A stretch of DNA of 64,000 nt from an uncultured Verrucomicrobiota bacterium (GCA_902560705.1 CACEMW010000001.1:20606-84605); one strand, 5' to 3'; shown: positions 49,475-59,714, counted from the first letter of the stretch. The notes: generated by a model from the letters alone, not told the origin. Translations and numbers: made by a program.

Positions 49475-50449
49475 ATGCCCGCCGCCGAATCCAGCCCCAG
49501 CTCTCAAAGCACTTATGGCAGAAACCATAAGTTCATTGATCCCAAAACATTGATGTCCATCCAGCATCTCGAGTGGCGTGCGAATGTTGTCGTCGAGGGT
49601 TTCTGGAGTGGTCTTCACCGAAGTCCTTACCACGGGTTTTCAGTCGAATTCACCGAATATCGATCCTATTCACCCGGTGATGACCTCCGCTACCTGGACT
49701 GGAAGCTGTTGGCAAGGAGCGATCGTTATCACATCAAGAAATATGAGGATGAAACCAATCTGCGCTGCATGATTTGCCTGGATAGGAGCAAATCCATGTT
49801 GTTCGGCCAGTCCGGCATCATAAAGGAAGACTACGCAAACACCCTGGCCGCAACCTTGGCCACTTTCCTGGCAAAACAAGGAGACGCCGTCGGCGTGCTT
49901 TCCTTCGACTCCCAGATCCAATCCTACGTTCCGCCACGAAACCGTCCCGGCCACCTCAGGCAACTCATCCAGGCCATGGAGAAACCTGGCCAGGGAGCAT
50001 CGACCACTCTGGAAGACCCGCTGACACGCATGATGTCGCTGATGAAGAAACGTGGCCTGATCGTCTTCATTTCAGATTTTCTAGCTCCCATCGAATCTTT
50101 TGGCGAACAACTGGCCACTCTCCGAGCTTATGGGCATGAATGCCAGATTTTCCACATTCTGGACCCCGTGGAACGCTACTTCACTTTTGAGGGTGCCATT
50201 CAGTTCGAAGATCAGGAAACCGGGAAGGAGATGTTCATCGATCCAGCCAAGGCGAAGGCGCCCTACCTTGAAGCCCTGGAAAAACACCTCAAACAATTGG
50301 AAACCTATGCCCATCAGGCAGGAGCGGGTTATCATCTGCTCACGACTCACACACCGCTGGAAAAGGGGCTCCTGGATTTTCTCAAATTCCGCTCACACCA
50401 GGGCAAACGGGTCCTTAGACGACATCAACCACAAGTCAAGGGGTCATGA
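49475..50449 (+). CDS. DUF58 domain protein (MoxR partner)
   Basis: GFSVEFTEYRSYSPGDDLRYLDWK is the DUF58 signature. Confidence 0.85.
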   Translation: MPAAESSPSSQSTYGRNHKFIDPKTLMSIQHLEWRANVVVEGFWSGLHRSPYHGFSVEFTEYRSYSPGDDLRYLDWKLLARSDRYHIKKYEDETNLRCMICLDRSKSMLFGQSGIIKEDYANTLAATLATFLAKQGDAVGVLSFDSQIQSYVPPRNRPGHLRQLIQAMEKPGQGASTTLEDPLTRMMSLMKKRGLIVFISDFLAPIESFGEQLATLRAYGHECQIFHILDPVERYFTFEGAIQFEDQETGKEMFIDPAKAKAPYLEALEKHLKQLETYAHQAGAGYHLLTTHTPLEKGLLDFLKFRSHQGKRVLRRHQPQVKGS

Positions 50450-52581
50450 GTTTCCTTTCTCCTCTCTTTTTGCTGGGCGCAGCAGCCATTCTGGGGCCCA
50501 TCGTCTTTCACTTGATCCGAAGGGTCACCAGGGAAAAGGTCCCTTTCAGCTCACTGATGTTCCTGCAGCCTACGCCTCCCCGGCTCACTCGCAAGAGTCG
50601 GTTGGAGCACATCCTCCTTCTCTTGCTGCGCTGCCTTGCCTTGATTCTTTTGGCCATGGCTTTCGCACGTCCTTACTTTGCCAATGACCAGCAAATGGAA
50701 TTGGATGCCGATGAGCGGGTGCACCATTGCCTTTTGGTGGACATGAGCGCGAGCATGCGGCGTGAAGGTGCTTGGGAACAAGTCCTGACGACTTCTGAAA
50801 AATGGCTGAACCAGTGGAAAGATCAATCGATCGTTCATGTCTTTTTCTTTGATGAATCCCTCGTGGATGGCATCCGGGCCGATCAGTGGGCCTCTCTCAG
50901 CCCCGAAAGCCGAATCGCCACGAGCCTGAATCTCATTCGTTCCCAGTCACCCAGCTGGCGCACAACGGCCATTGATACCGCCTTATTGGAGGCCATCCAT
51001 CAAATGGAAGAGGCTTCACGCGAGCAAGATCAGGAAACCCAGCAAGCTTCATGGGAATTGGTGGTGATCTCGGACCTACAGGTAGGTGCCAGCTACGAAG
51101 GTCTTCGCGGACAGGACTGGCCAAAGCATGCTTACGTCGTTTTTGAGCCCATCTCCCCTCAATATATCGGTAATGCATCCCTTCAGGTCCTCCAATCTCC
51201 CTGGCATCTCAATGCCGATGGAGAATCCTTCTCTCCTCGTTTGAGACTGGCAACCTCCGGCGATGCTGAGCAAGATCAGTATGAACTCTCTTGGGGTGTT
51301 TCAGCGGATGCAGGAACAGATCCTTCGAAATCCCTCCCTATCTATCTTCCGCCAGGTAAGGCTCGCATAGTAGATGGGCCATCCATGAACTCATTCATCC
51401 AAAGCCATCGCCTCTTGCTTTCAGGAGACAAGGATTCGTTCGACAATGTCGCTTGGTTGGCTCCTTTCAAACCCAGGCGCAGTGAGATCGGGATCATCAC
51501 ACAAAAAGATCTCAACCGACCTCAGGAAGGTCTGGATCTTTACGCCCGAGGTGCCTTTCAGTCCATTCCCGGTCATGAAATCACCCTTCAAATATACGGT
51601 CCCGATGAAGCAACGCGGATGAAACAAGCACCTCCCACCGACCTTTGGCTCATACACACACCTCTTTCCGAAAAAGTCGCCGATCAATGCCTCGAGCGCT
51701 GCCAGAAAGGGGAAAGATTGCTCATTCCCATCATGGGAACTGAAATGCAATCCACGCTTCAAAGGCTTTGGCCAGACCCCTCGCTTACCCTGTCCGAGGC
51801 AACCCTTCAAGACTACGCTTTGCTGGCGAGTATTGATTTTCAATATCCCCTCTTTGCCCCATTCGCAGACCCTCGTTACAATGACTTCAGCAAGATTCAT
51901 TTCTGGAAGCACCATCTGGTTATCGGGCCTGACTGGGAAGATCCGGCACACAGCGTGCCGGCGCTCTTTGACAACCGACAGCCAGCGTGGATCGTCAAGA
52001 CCCAAGGCCGCGGGAAAATGTTCGTCCTGACCAGTTCATGGGCCCCAAAGGACAGCCAACTGGCCCTTTCCACCAAATTTGTTCCCCTGCTCCACACCAT
52101 TTTGGAGGAAGGCAACACCACGCGAGGACTGGAAACCCAATACACCGTTGGGGACAAGATCGATTCAAACGCCTGGAAGGATTTGAAATCCCTGAGCATC
52201 ACACGGCCTGATGGAGTGACCGACACCGTCCCGGAAGGACAAGTGTTTGGCCAAACCCACGAACCAGGCCTCTACACGGTCAAAGCCGACGGTTCATTTG
52301 AATGGACTTTTGCGGTCAACATGTCCTCACGGGAGGGACGCACCCAGGCATTGCCGGTTGAAACTTTTGAGGGGCTTGGGATCCTTACCAAACGCCCTGA
52401 TCAAGGCTCTGCAGATAGGGTTGAAGAAGAGGCATCCCGTGAAGCCTCCACCCGTCTTCTTAAGGCAAGAGAGATTGAGGGGCAGCAGCAATACTGGAAG
52501 TGGGCCTTGTGCGCCGTCCTCTTATTGCTGACGGGAGAAACCTATCTGTCTGGCAGAACACTGCGGCGCCAGGAAGGTTGA
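50446..52581 (+). CDS. BatA-like protein with N-terminal double-transmembrane domain and vWA-like MIDAS segment
   Basis: MSFLSPLFLLGAAAILGPIVFHLIRR (aerotolerance N-terminal domain), then LLVDMSASM (DxSxS). The ATG overlaps the DUF58 stop (ATGA). There is a C-terminal TM segment. Confidence 0.75.
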   Translation: MSFLSPLFLLGAAAILGPIVFHLIRRVTREKVPFSSLMFLQPTPPRLTRKSRLEHILLLLLRCLALILLAMAFARPYFANDQQMELDADERVHHCLLVDMSASMRREGAWEQVLTTSEKWLNQWKDQSIVHVFFFDESLVDGIRADQWASLSPESRIATSLNLIRSQSPSWRTTAIDTALLEAIHQMEEASREQDQETQQASWELVVISDLQVGASYEGLRGQDWPKHAYVVFEPISPQYIGNASLQVLQSPWHLNADGESFSPRLRLATSGDAEQDQYELSWGVSADAGTDPSKSLPIYLPPGKARIVDGPSMNSFIQSHRLLLSGDKDSFDNVAWLAPFKPRRSEIGIITQKDLNRPQEGLDLYARGAFQSIPGHEITLQIYGPDEATRMKQAPPTDLWLIHTPLSEKVADQCLERCQKGERLLIPIMGTEMQSTLQRLWPDPSLTLSEATLQDYALLASIDFQYPLFAPFADPRYNDFSKIHFWKHHLVIGPDWEDPAHSVPALFDNRQPAWIVKTQGRGKMFVLTSSWAPKDSQLALSTKFVPLLHTILEEGNTTRGLETQYTVGDKIDSNAWKDLKSLSITRPDGVTDTVPEGQVFGQTHEPGLYTVKADGSFEWTFAVNMSSREGRTQALPVETFEGLGILTKRPDQGSADRVEEEASREASTRLLKAREIEGQQQYWKWALCAVLLLLTGETYLSGRTLRRQEG

Positions 52582-53484
52582 TTAAGGCAGGATTCCTTTA
52601 AGCCGCATCCATCGCTCTGCCGATTCTGGCCACGTAGAGGCCGGAAAACGCGAGGCCCTGAGACCAAATCCATGCCCCCCACCGTCATAGAGATGCAGTT
52701 CGGCACTGACGCCGGCTTTTTGCAATGCTTGAAACATCAGTATGCTGTTCTGAGGGCTTATCGGATCATCATTGGCGTGGGCAAAAAACATGGGAGGCGC
52801 TGAAGCATCTACCTGAACCTCAGGCTTGAGAAAAGCTTCCGTGGCATCCACCAGCCAAGCCGGATAGACAAGGATTCCAAAATCGGGTCTAGCAGATAGA
52901 TCATCGATGGCATCCAAAGGCTCGTATGCAACCTTTTGATGCGATAGAGCACTGATCACAGCAGTCTGACCGCCAGCTGAGAACCCAAGAATCCCCATGC
53001 GATCAGGGTCCAGTCGCCACTGGGCCGCATGAGCTCGCACCAAGCGCATGGACCGCTGAGCGTCCTGCACGGCCGATTTCCATAACGGGTCCTTGTGCCT
53101 GGCAGGCACACGATATTTGAGCAGGATACCCGTCACGCCTATGCGGTTCAGCCATTGGGCAACCTCAGTACCTTCCAGGTCCATGGCCAGGATTTGATGG
53201 CCGCCACCAGGGCAAATCAACACCGACGCGCCTGTGTCCACAGATGCCTCAGGTGAATAGACCGTCAAGGTGGGTTGATGGACATCGGTAAGTCGGATGA
53301 CCCGTTGACCAGCCACTTTTTCAGAAGACTCCGTGGTTGTATCGTGCTCGGATCCCAGATCCAAGGTTTCCTCCGGAGGCACGCCTGGCCAAACGGGTAA
53401 AACAAGTGGTTCAGCACCCGGCAACTTGACCAGAAGAAAGCCAATCAAGGAAAACCATACCAGCTGGCGTAGGGAGCGTTTCAT
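52582..53484 (-). CDS. Secreted alpha/beta hydrolase (esterase/lipase)
   Basis: Signal peptide, then ICPGGGH, GFSAGG (GxSxG) and a terminal GGHGF. Confidence 0.75.
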   Translation of the reverse strand: MKRSLRQLVWFSLIGFLLVKLPGAEPLVLPVWPGVPPEETLDLGSEHDTTTESSEKVAGQRVIRLTDVHQPTLTVYSPEASVDTGASVLICPGGGHQILAMDLEGTEVAQWLNRIGVTGILLKYRVPARHKDPLWKSAVQDAQRSMRLVRAHAAQWRLDPDRMGILGFSAGGQTAVISALSHQKVAYEPLDAIDDLSARPDFGILVYPAWLVDATEAFLKPEVQVDASAPPMFFAHANDDPISPQNSILMFQALQKAGVSAELHLYDGGGHGFGLRASRFPASTWPESAERWMRLKGILP

Positions 53485-53494
53485 AACAAGTCTC

Positions 53495-54889
53495 TTAAAA
53501 AGAAAGAGTATCCCCCTGATGCGGCACCGTCACATCCGAACCCGGCAGGATGGATCGCAAGGTTTCGGCAAATGCGACCGATTGATCTTCCTCTCCATGA
53601 ACCACACTCACCTTGGACAATCTTCCGCTCAAGCGTTGCACATATTGACTAAGTTCCTCGCGATCAGCGTGTCCGGAAAAGGCATCCACGCGGGCCACCT
53701 TGGCTTTAACTTCTACAGGTTCTCCAAAAATATTGACCGGGTTTTGCCCCGACATGATTTTGGAGCCCAAGGTGTTGGCTGCACAATAGCCAACAAACAA
53801 GATGAGATTCCTCGAATCCCCAATGTGGTTTCTTAGATGATGGCGAATGCGCCCTGCCTCACACATACCCGAGGAACTGATGATGATTGCGGGGGTTTTC
53901 AAGTCGTTGAGTTTTTTGGAATGTTCCAGATGCCGAATGTAGGTGAGATTTTCCATACCGAAGGGATTAGCTTTTTCGTGAAGGAAATCATAAATGTCCT
54001 GGTTGAAACATTCAGGGTGCAGACGGAAGACTTCGGTGGCATTCACACTCAAGGGGCTATCCACGAATATGGGCACCTTTGGCAAAGCACCCTCGAGAGA
54101 CAATTGATGCAGGGTATAGACAATCATCTGCGTACGCCCCACAGAAAACGCAGGGATGATGACTTTCCCGTTTTTTCCAAGTGTCTCCTGGATGACAGAT
54201 TGCAGCTCATCTTTGGCAAACGTTTTATCCGCGTGTTGACGGTTGCCGTAGGTGCTTTCGATCTGCAGAAAGTCGACATCTGAAACCGGCTCTGGGTCTC
54301 TCAGAATTTCATGATCCCCTCGACCAATGTCACCACTGAATAAATAGCGAAAACGTCTCCCGCCTTCGACAACGTCCAGAATGACCTGAGCCGATCCCAA
54401 GATATGCCCTGCGTCCGCAAAGCTCAGCGTCACCCCGGGTGCAATCGGCATGGGGCGCTGGTAATTCACGGCGACAAATTGCGAAACAGCACGTTCCGCA
54501 TCTTTGATGGAATAAAGAGGCAACACAGGATCCAAGCCCTTTTTGGCCCGTTTGCGGGAAACAAATTTAGCGTCGTATTGCTGAATATGCGCTGAATCAG
54601 CGAGCATGATAGCAGCCAAGTCCCGCGTCGCAAAGGTGCTGTAGATATTGCCTGAAAACCCCTGGCGCACCAAATTGGGAAGGTTCCCGCAGTGGTCAAT
54701 GTGGGCGTGACTGAGCACCACGGCACTCAGTTTGCTTGGATCAAAGGAAAAGGAGCGGTTACGTTCGATGGTCTCTTCGCGTCGGCCTTGAAACAAACCG
54801 CATTCTAACAATATCTGCTGGTCGTTGACACTCAACAGATACATGGATCCGGTCGTTGTTCGGGTGGCTCCCAGAAACTGCACTTGCAT
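53495..54889 (-). CDS. MBL-fold metallo-hydrolase with beta-CASP / RNA-metabolising domain
   Basis: MQVQFLGATRTTTGS, SHAHIDHCG (HxHxDH), a beta-CASP region, and a terminal VHGE. Start chosen at ATG 54889. Confidence 0.85.
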   Translation of the reverse strand: MQVQFLGATRTTTGSMYLLSVNDQQILLECGLFQGRREETIERNRSFSFDPSKLSAVVLSHAHIDHCGNLPNLVRQGFSGNIYSTFATRDLAAIMLADSAHIQQYDAKFVSRKRAKKGLDPVLPLYSIKDAERAVSQFVAVNYQRPMPIAPGVTLSFADAGHILGSAQVILDVVEGGRRFRYLFSGDIGRGDHEILRDPEPVSDVDFLQIESTYGNRQHADKTFAKDELQSVIQETLGKNGKVIIPAFSVGRTQMIVYTLHQLSLEGALPKVPIFVDSPLSVNATEVFRLHPECFNQDIYDFLHEKANPFGMENLTYIRHLEHSKKLNDLKTPAIIISSSGMCEAGRIRHHLRNHIGDSRNLILFVGYCAANTLGSKIMSGQNPVNIFGEPVEVKAKVARVDAFSGHADREELSQYVQRLSGRLSKVSVVHGEEDQSVAFAETLRSILPGSDVTVPHQGDTLSF

Positions 54890-55016
54890 GCAGTTAATCT
54901 GATTCATACCCCTGTCACCCGCAAGCAAAACCCCTTTTGAAGGGCGCACTTCTGATCTGACAAAGACTCGGTGAATCTCCCACCGTCTCTTTTATTACTG
55001 CCCGATGCCGGTTGGT

Positions 55017-56372
55017 TCAGAGAAAACCCAAAGGCACAAAGTCTTTGGGGTTGTCCATCTCTGCAATGGAGTATCCAGGCATCCATTGGTCAAGCTGCTC
55101 TCGACTGTCGCCAAAATGACGCTGAAAGATTTCGCCAAACACGCCTCGAAAATCTGTCTTGCGGGCAAGGTAGCGATCACGTGCGGAAAACATGGCGTTG
55201 TCTTCCCATGTGCGATCATCACAGTTGTAAACACCACCCTTGACCCCACCCCCTGCTACGAACATGACACTCGACTCGGCGTGGTCCGTACCATTGCTTC
55301 CGTTCTCTTTGGAAGTACGTCCGAACTCCGTCAAAGTGACCACCAGAATATCATCCCACTGATCTTGCAGATCGCGGTAAAGAGCTTGGATGCCTTGCGC
55401 CACATCCCCCAGCAAATTGGCATGTGAACCGGCTATTTGTCCCTGTCGTTGGTGAGTATCGAAGCCGCCCTTTCGCAAACCAATCACCCGGACAGGGGTC
55501 CGTTTCATCAACATGGCGGCTTCAGTCAATTTTCTTCCCAAGGAGGAATCAGGATACTCAGCGTCATTGGAAGGTGTGTAAGCCCCTTGATCCAAGGCGT
55601 CCTGAATCACATCCATGGTTCTCCCCACTCCTTGTCCAGCTCCATGCACCAATTGCCTGTAGGGCTTTGTGGGATCATCTGGAGCCCCACCGTAGAGGCC
55701 CATAAGCGCACGCCCATCCACATCCAACGCTGTGGGGGCTTCCCCTAGAAAGCGTTTACCTGCTGGGAACGTGAAATCCGCAGTCCGACTGAAGTTGGGT
55801 ATCATGTTTTTTCCCTTGAGAGCCACCAACTGATTACTGCTCAGACCGGCTGCAACAAAAGCGTTGTCAGGATGGTTCAGGTCATAAGCAGCATTGATAC
55901 GACGATACATGAAGCCCTCTTCGGTATCCGCGTCCCCAGGTATTCCATTCTGCCAAAAATGCTGACTATCGAAATGCGATCGCGATTGCCCGTCATAGCC
56001 AATCCGATGCAGGAGAGCCATGTTTCCTGCCCCGTTCAAGCCGTTGATGGAAGAATGATTGTAGACCTCGACAATCGGCGACAAGGCTGGGTGCAACTGT
56101 GCAAACCCATTGCCTGAGTCCAGCGCCTCACCCTCGGGTATGAAAAGTGTGGGGCGGGTCGTCGTGTTGTACATGGCATCTCCTCGCGGAAGTATCGTGT
56201 TAATCCCGTCATTGCCCCCCTGGAGAAAAATAAAAATAAGCTTCTTGTTGTTTGCCATGGCTGCGGCCTCCATGCGCTTCTGGAACATGGTAGGAGCCAC
56301 CATGTTGAGTCCCAAGGCAGAAAAAGCCAGGGAGCTTGTCTTGAGAAAACGTCTGCGGTTGAAGATATTCAT
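55017..56372 (-). CDS. DUF1501 domain protein (sulfatase-like fold), Tat signal
   Basis: MNIFNRRRFLKTSSLAF twin-arginine signal, plus GGFDTH and GTDHA. Confidence 0.88.
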   Translation of the reverse strand: MNIFNRRRFLKTSSLAFSALGLNMVAPTMFQKRMEAAAMANNKKLIFIFLQGGNDGINTILPRGDAMYNTTTRPTLFIPEGEALDSGNGFAQLHPALSPIVEVYNHSSINGLNGAGNMALLHRIGYDGQSRSHFDSQHFWQNGIPGDADTEEGFMYRRINAAYDLNHPDNAFVAAGLSSNQLVALKGKNMIPNFSRTADFTFPAGKRFLGEAPTALDVDGRALMGLYGGAPDDPTKPYRQLVHGAGQGVGRTMDVIQDALDQGAYTPSNDAEYPDSSLGRKLTEAAMLMKRTPVRVIGLRKGGFDTHQRQGQIAGSHANLLGDVAQGIQALYRDLQDQWDDILVVTLTEFGRTSKENGSNGTDHAESSVMFVAGGGVKGGVYNCDDRTWEDNAMFSARDRYLARKTDFRGVFGEIFQRHFGDSREQLDQWMPGYSIAEMDNPKDFVPLGFL

Positions 56373-56404
56373 ACGCTTGTCCTTTTGTTGAAAATGGTGA
56401 GTTG

Positions 56405-59400
56405 TTATTGGTAATGCATTTCAGGCACCGAGAGGATCAAACCGATCAACTGCCCGACCCTTGCCATGTAATCCTTAGCTGAGGGGTCCCAGGATTTCCT
56501 GTCACCCTTTTCGTCCGTATGGGCAAATTCCAAAATCAGGCTCTTTGAGTGTTCTGGAAGAGAACCGTCAAAAAGCAGTTGATTGAAATGTTCCAGGATT
56601 TCCCCGGCCGTAGTGATGCCATGAAAACCCAGGTAACGACGGATGGACCAACGATCCATATAGTCATTGCCGGTATGGCGGGAGAGACGTATGGAAAAAT
56701 TCAGCCTTTCGAGCATGGCGCCGGTATTCACCCAGTCGAAACCATACTCGGACCAACCATCCGGGTCGTCCCGGGTGAAGAAATGCATCCCCATGGCATC
56801 GCTGATATCCGGAAGCTCACTGAGATTCATCTCCCAGTCCAAGGCACGCCCAAGACTATTGATGAATTCAACAGGTGTCTTGACTTTGGAACGATACACC
56901 GATTGGGTCCAAAAAAGATTCTGGGGATCCCGCGTATCAAACATGGATCGAAGTACGGTGCCAATGTGCCCCTTGGGCTCCGACTGTTCCCACGCCTGCA
57001 TGGCGCGATCGACCATGGCTATAAGATGCGTAGGCGCAGAACCATCTTGATACGTGCGAAGACTGATTTCATCCCCCACAAACTTGTTCACCAATTTGAC
57101 GCAAATGAATTCCCTCGTTGAAAGATGATTGGCCATCATGTCAATCACATCCAGGGCATCCCTGAGACCTTCAGATCCTTCGCGACCTTCAGGGATCTGA
57201 ATTTCCCAATCCGTTCCTTCGAAAAGAATCTTGGCATCGTAATCGTGATCCTCCGGGTTGAACCTGAAAGCCCATTCACCATTGGGATCATCCAATTCGA
57301 TACTGTCCGATGCTGGCATAAGACGCACCAGGCGAGGCATGACAGATAGATCACTACTGCTCACGTTCACATTATGGCCCTGAACCGCGAGCGTATTGAC
57401 CTGTGGGTAAGGGCGGAAAAATTGATGGTAACGAGCGAGGTCAAAAACCTGGTCCCCTTGATTGCTTTCGCGATTTTGAGTCGCCAACGCATCATGAGGG
57501 GGCGGATTCCCAGCCTCCTCCATATTGGCACTTCGCGCGATTTCGCGGCCGTTCAGGTAGGCAACGAAGCCATCATCATAATTGATGTATAGCCGGATGG
57601 CGCGAAGGTCGGCGTCTTCTGGTAAGGTGAAATTTCGACGTATGTAAACACTGGAGTAATCACCCCGCATGTCTTCCAATACCGTTGCATCATCTCCATC
57701 CCCATAACCAAGGCCGGTCGATCCACTTAGCCAATCTGTGTCATCAAAACTGCCTTGTGTCCATCGAGGAGAAATCGTAACGGCATAAGGCACGGGCTCG
57801 CTGCGGCCTTTGTAATATTTCCACCCTGGGCCCAGATCAAGAAGCACTTCCTCATGGTACCCGGTGCTAGGTCCGGTGGGTGGTACTCTTGCTGACTGTG
57901 GATAGGAAAGCACTTGATCCGGCCTGACCTTACGAATCTGCCAACCAGTAAAACAACGTGACAGTTCCTCGATATCCTTCTGAGTGTATCGGTTATCCAC
58001 CCCAAAAGCGTAAAGCTCAAGAATCTCTCGGGCATAGTTCTCATTGGGTTCGCCAACGCGGTTCAACACGTTATCCAGATAAATCAGCATGGTAGGGCTC
58101 GTGGCACTGTAGAGAAGCAAATCCCCAAACCGGTCCAGCGCATGATCGTGAAAAAATTGATACTCCTTGTACTCGAGTTGTGCTGCTTCAGCCTCCGCCT
58201 GGCTCTCTGAAATCAGCTCATCACCACTCATGTCCTCTATTTCTTCAAGGAACTCAGCAGTCTTGTCATAGTCGGTGGTAAAATGATTCTCCCAAAACTC
58301 AGCCATGACTGCCTGAAGTTGATGCGGGTCGTAAATCCCTCTGGCGTGTATCAATTGCTGCAAAGCATCCACATCATGAATCCGCAAGTGCTCATAACCG
58401 GGGAGATAATCTCGGGCAATCAACTCGGGAACCAGAATCGCATCGGAGCTTGTGTATTCCGTATTGTGCAGCTCAATGGCCAGCAGGTTTTCACCCGACA
58501 CTAAAAGCGATTTGAATTCGGAGATATCAAAGATGCCTTCATCGGGGTCATCGGCAGCATCGGATGCTTTGGCTCGGTAGGACGGCCGCTTGGTAGCTCC
58601 CATGTTGTTGCGGGCGACTTCGGTTCCATTCAGGTAGGCAATAAAACCATCATCATACACCATTTTGAGCAAGAGCCCCCCGATGGACTCTGGGGCTTCC
58701 ACTTCAAACCAGTGCCTGACAAAAAAACTCAAATAACCCTCTTGAGCCTCTTCTCCCTCTTCGATCCGCTCCATGTCGTTCAAAAGGGTCGAGAGAAGAT
58801 CACGTTCACTGCCAGAGCTTGAGTAGCCAAAGCCCGAAGGCACATTGAGCCAGCCATTGGCTTGAGTGTCCCCTTCCAACCCTGGCTGATTCCACTGATA
58901 CAGAGGGGCTTCGGTTCCTTTCTTAAGGTCCCACCGATCACCATCCACGATGAGGTAGGTATCATTACCCGGTCGGTAAAGCGTGAAAAGTTCCTCACTG
59001 GCAGATCGCATGCGATAATCCCCCTCATCGCTCCAAGTCAAGGGGACCAATTGCTGATCAATGTAGGTGTCCAGACCATGCGTTTGTATCCACTCGGCTG
59101 AAGAGGGAGATGGACCGTAGCCGAGCCTGTTGAGCGCATGGTGAATCATCTCATGCTCATCAAGAAGCACTGCAGTGGGAAGCTGCGGATAAAATTCAAA
59201 ATATTCGCTTCCCATATACGGAGCCTCTGGAACCTCCCCTTCCCCTGCCCAAACGGAAAGAAAAGTTGTTTCGCCAGATTTCGGAATAGTGAAAACGACC
59301 TTCCCTGGAAGACGTTTTACCTCACCTGATGCCAAAAGGTTCTCGAAGGGCTCAAAGAGTGATTGCGTCGTCACCAGCTTGACGTGCCCCCAACCCTGAG

Positions 59401-59533
59401 GGACATCAACCTCAAGGGTGACGCCTGATTCCTGCACTCGAAAATGCGAGATGCCTAGATCTTGAGCCTTGATTGTTTGCAGGCTCAAGGTAAGGGCCAA
59501 GGCCATGTGACAATAAAAACAAATCCCTTTCAT
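56405..59533 (-). CDS. DUF1800 family protein, expanded by two inserted beta-sandwich modules
   Basis: DUF1800 blocks HHALNRLGYGPSP, MAEFWENHF and ILELYAFGV. ATG 59533 is preceded by GGAGGAGAAG. The track start at 59545 is TTG. Confidence 0.8.
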   Translation of the reverse strand: MKGICFYCHMALALTLSLQTIKAQDLGISHFRVQESGVTLEVDVPQGWGHVKLVTTQSLFEPFENLLASGEVKRLPGKVVFTIPKSGETTFLSVWAGEGEVPEAPYMGSEYFEFYPQLPTAVLLDEHEMIHHALNRLGYGPSPSSAEWIQTHGLDTYIDQQLVPLTWSDEGDYRMRSASEELFTLYRPGNDTYLIVDGDRWDLKKGTEAPLYQWNQPGLEGDTQANGWLNVPSGFGYSSSGSERDLLSTLLNDMERIEEGEEAQEGYLSFFVRHWFEVEAPESIGGLLLKMVYDDGFIAYLNGTEVARNNMGATKRPSYRAKASDAADDPDEGIFDISEFKSLLVSGENLLAIELHNTEYTSSDAILVPELIARDYLPGYEHLRIHDVDALQQLIHARGIYDPHQLQAVMAEFWENHFTTDYDKTAEFLEEIEDMSGDELISESQAEAEAAQLEYKEYQFFHDHALDRFGDLLLYSATSPTMLIYLDNVLNRVGEPNENYAREILELYAFGVDNRYTQKDIEELSRCFTGWQIRKVRPDQVLSYPQSARVPPTGPSTGYHEEVLLDLGPGWKYYKGRSEPVPYAVTISPRWTQGSFDDTDWLSGSTGLGYGDGDDATVLEDMRGDYSSVYIRRNFTLPEDADLRAIRLYINYDDGFVAYLNGREIARSANMEEAGNPPPHDALATQNRESNQGDQVFDLARYHQFFRPYPQVNTLAVQGHNVNVSSSDLSVMPRLVRLMPASDSIELDDPNGEWAFRFNPEDHDYDAKILFEGTDWEIQIPEGREGSEGLRDALDVIDMMANHLSTREFICVKLVNKFVGDEISLRTYQDGSAPTHLIAMVDRAMQAWEQSEPKGHIGTVLRSMFDTRDPQNLFWTQSVYRSKVKTPVEFINSLGRALDWEMNLSELPDISDAMGMHFFTRDDPDGWSEYGFDWVNTGAMLERLNFSIRLSRHTGNDYMDRWSIRRYLGFHGITTAGEILEHFNQLLFDGSLPEHSKSLILEFAHTDEKGDRKSWDPSAKDYMARVGQLIGLILSVPEMHYQ
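57323..57838 (-). repeat. Internal protein-level repeat copy 2 (W.YYKG..P..W..GS...GYGDGD...YSSVYIRRNFTL...YDDGFVAYLNGREIARSANM...LAVQGHN...SSD)
   Basis: Found by self-comparison of the translated ORF. Approximately aa 570-741 in track numbering. Confidence 0.7.
58412..58963 (-). repeat. Internal protein-level repeat copy 1 (W..KKG..P..W..G...GYSS...YLSFFVRHWFEV...YDDGFIAYLNGTEVARNNM...LAIELHN...SSD)
   Basis: Found by self-comparison of the translated ORF. Approximately aa 195-378 in track numbering. Confidence 0.7.
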
Positions 59534-59714
59534 CTTCTCCTCCAATTTAAAGTCGGTTAATCTCGATCACAAGAAGGCTAGCTAATCTCGTGCCACATGC
59601 ATTCATTTATTATGATAACAGCATTTTTTTCAAAGGGCGCTTTTGTCTTTAAAAACAAAACTTTGTTAACTCGGTGAGTTTCCAGAATCAGATCATCGAA
59701 ATCGTAGGCGCCGA

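Noticed and set aside
48453-52581. The MoxR-DUF58-BatA-like module as a candidate novel defence or unknown system.
   Set aside because: This is a well-known, very widely distributed conserved operon (Bat/aerotolerance-type). Only its upstream peptidase/TPR extension is noted as a finding.
59558-59590. Direct repeat TAATCTCG (59558..59565 and 59583..59590) upstream of the DUF1800 gene.
   Set aside because: One or more 8-mer repeat pairs are expected by chance within a 460-bp region. There is no further symmetry or extension.
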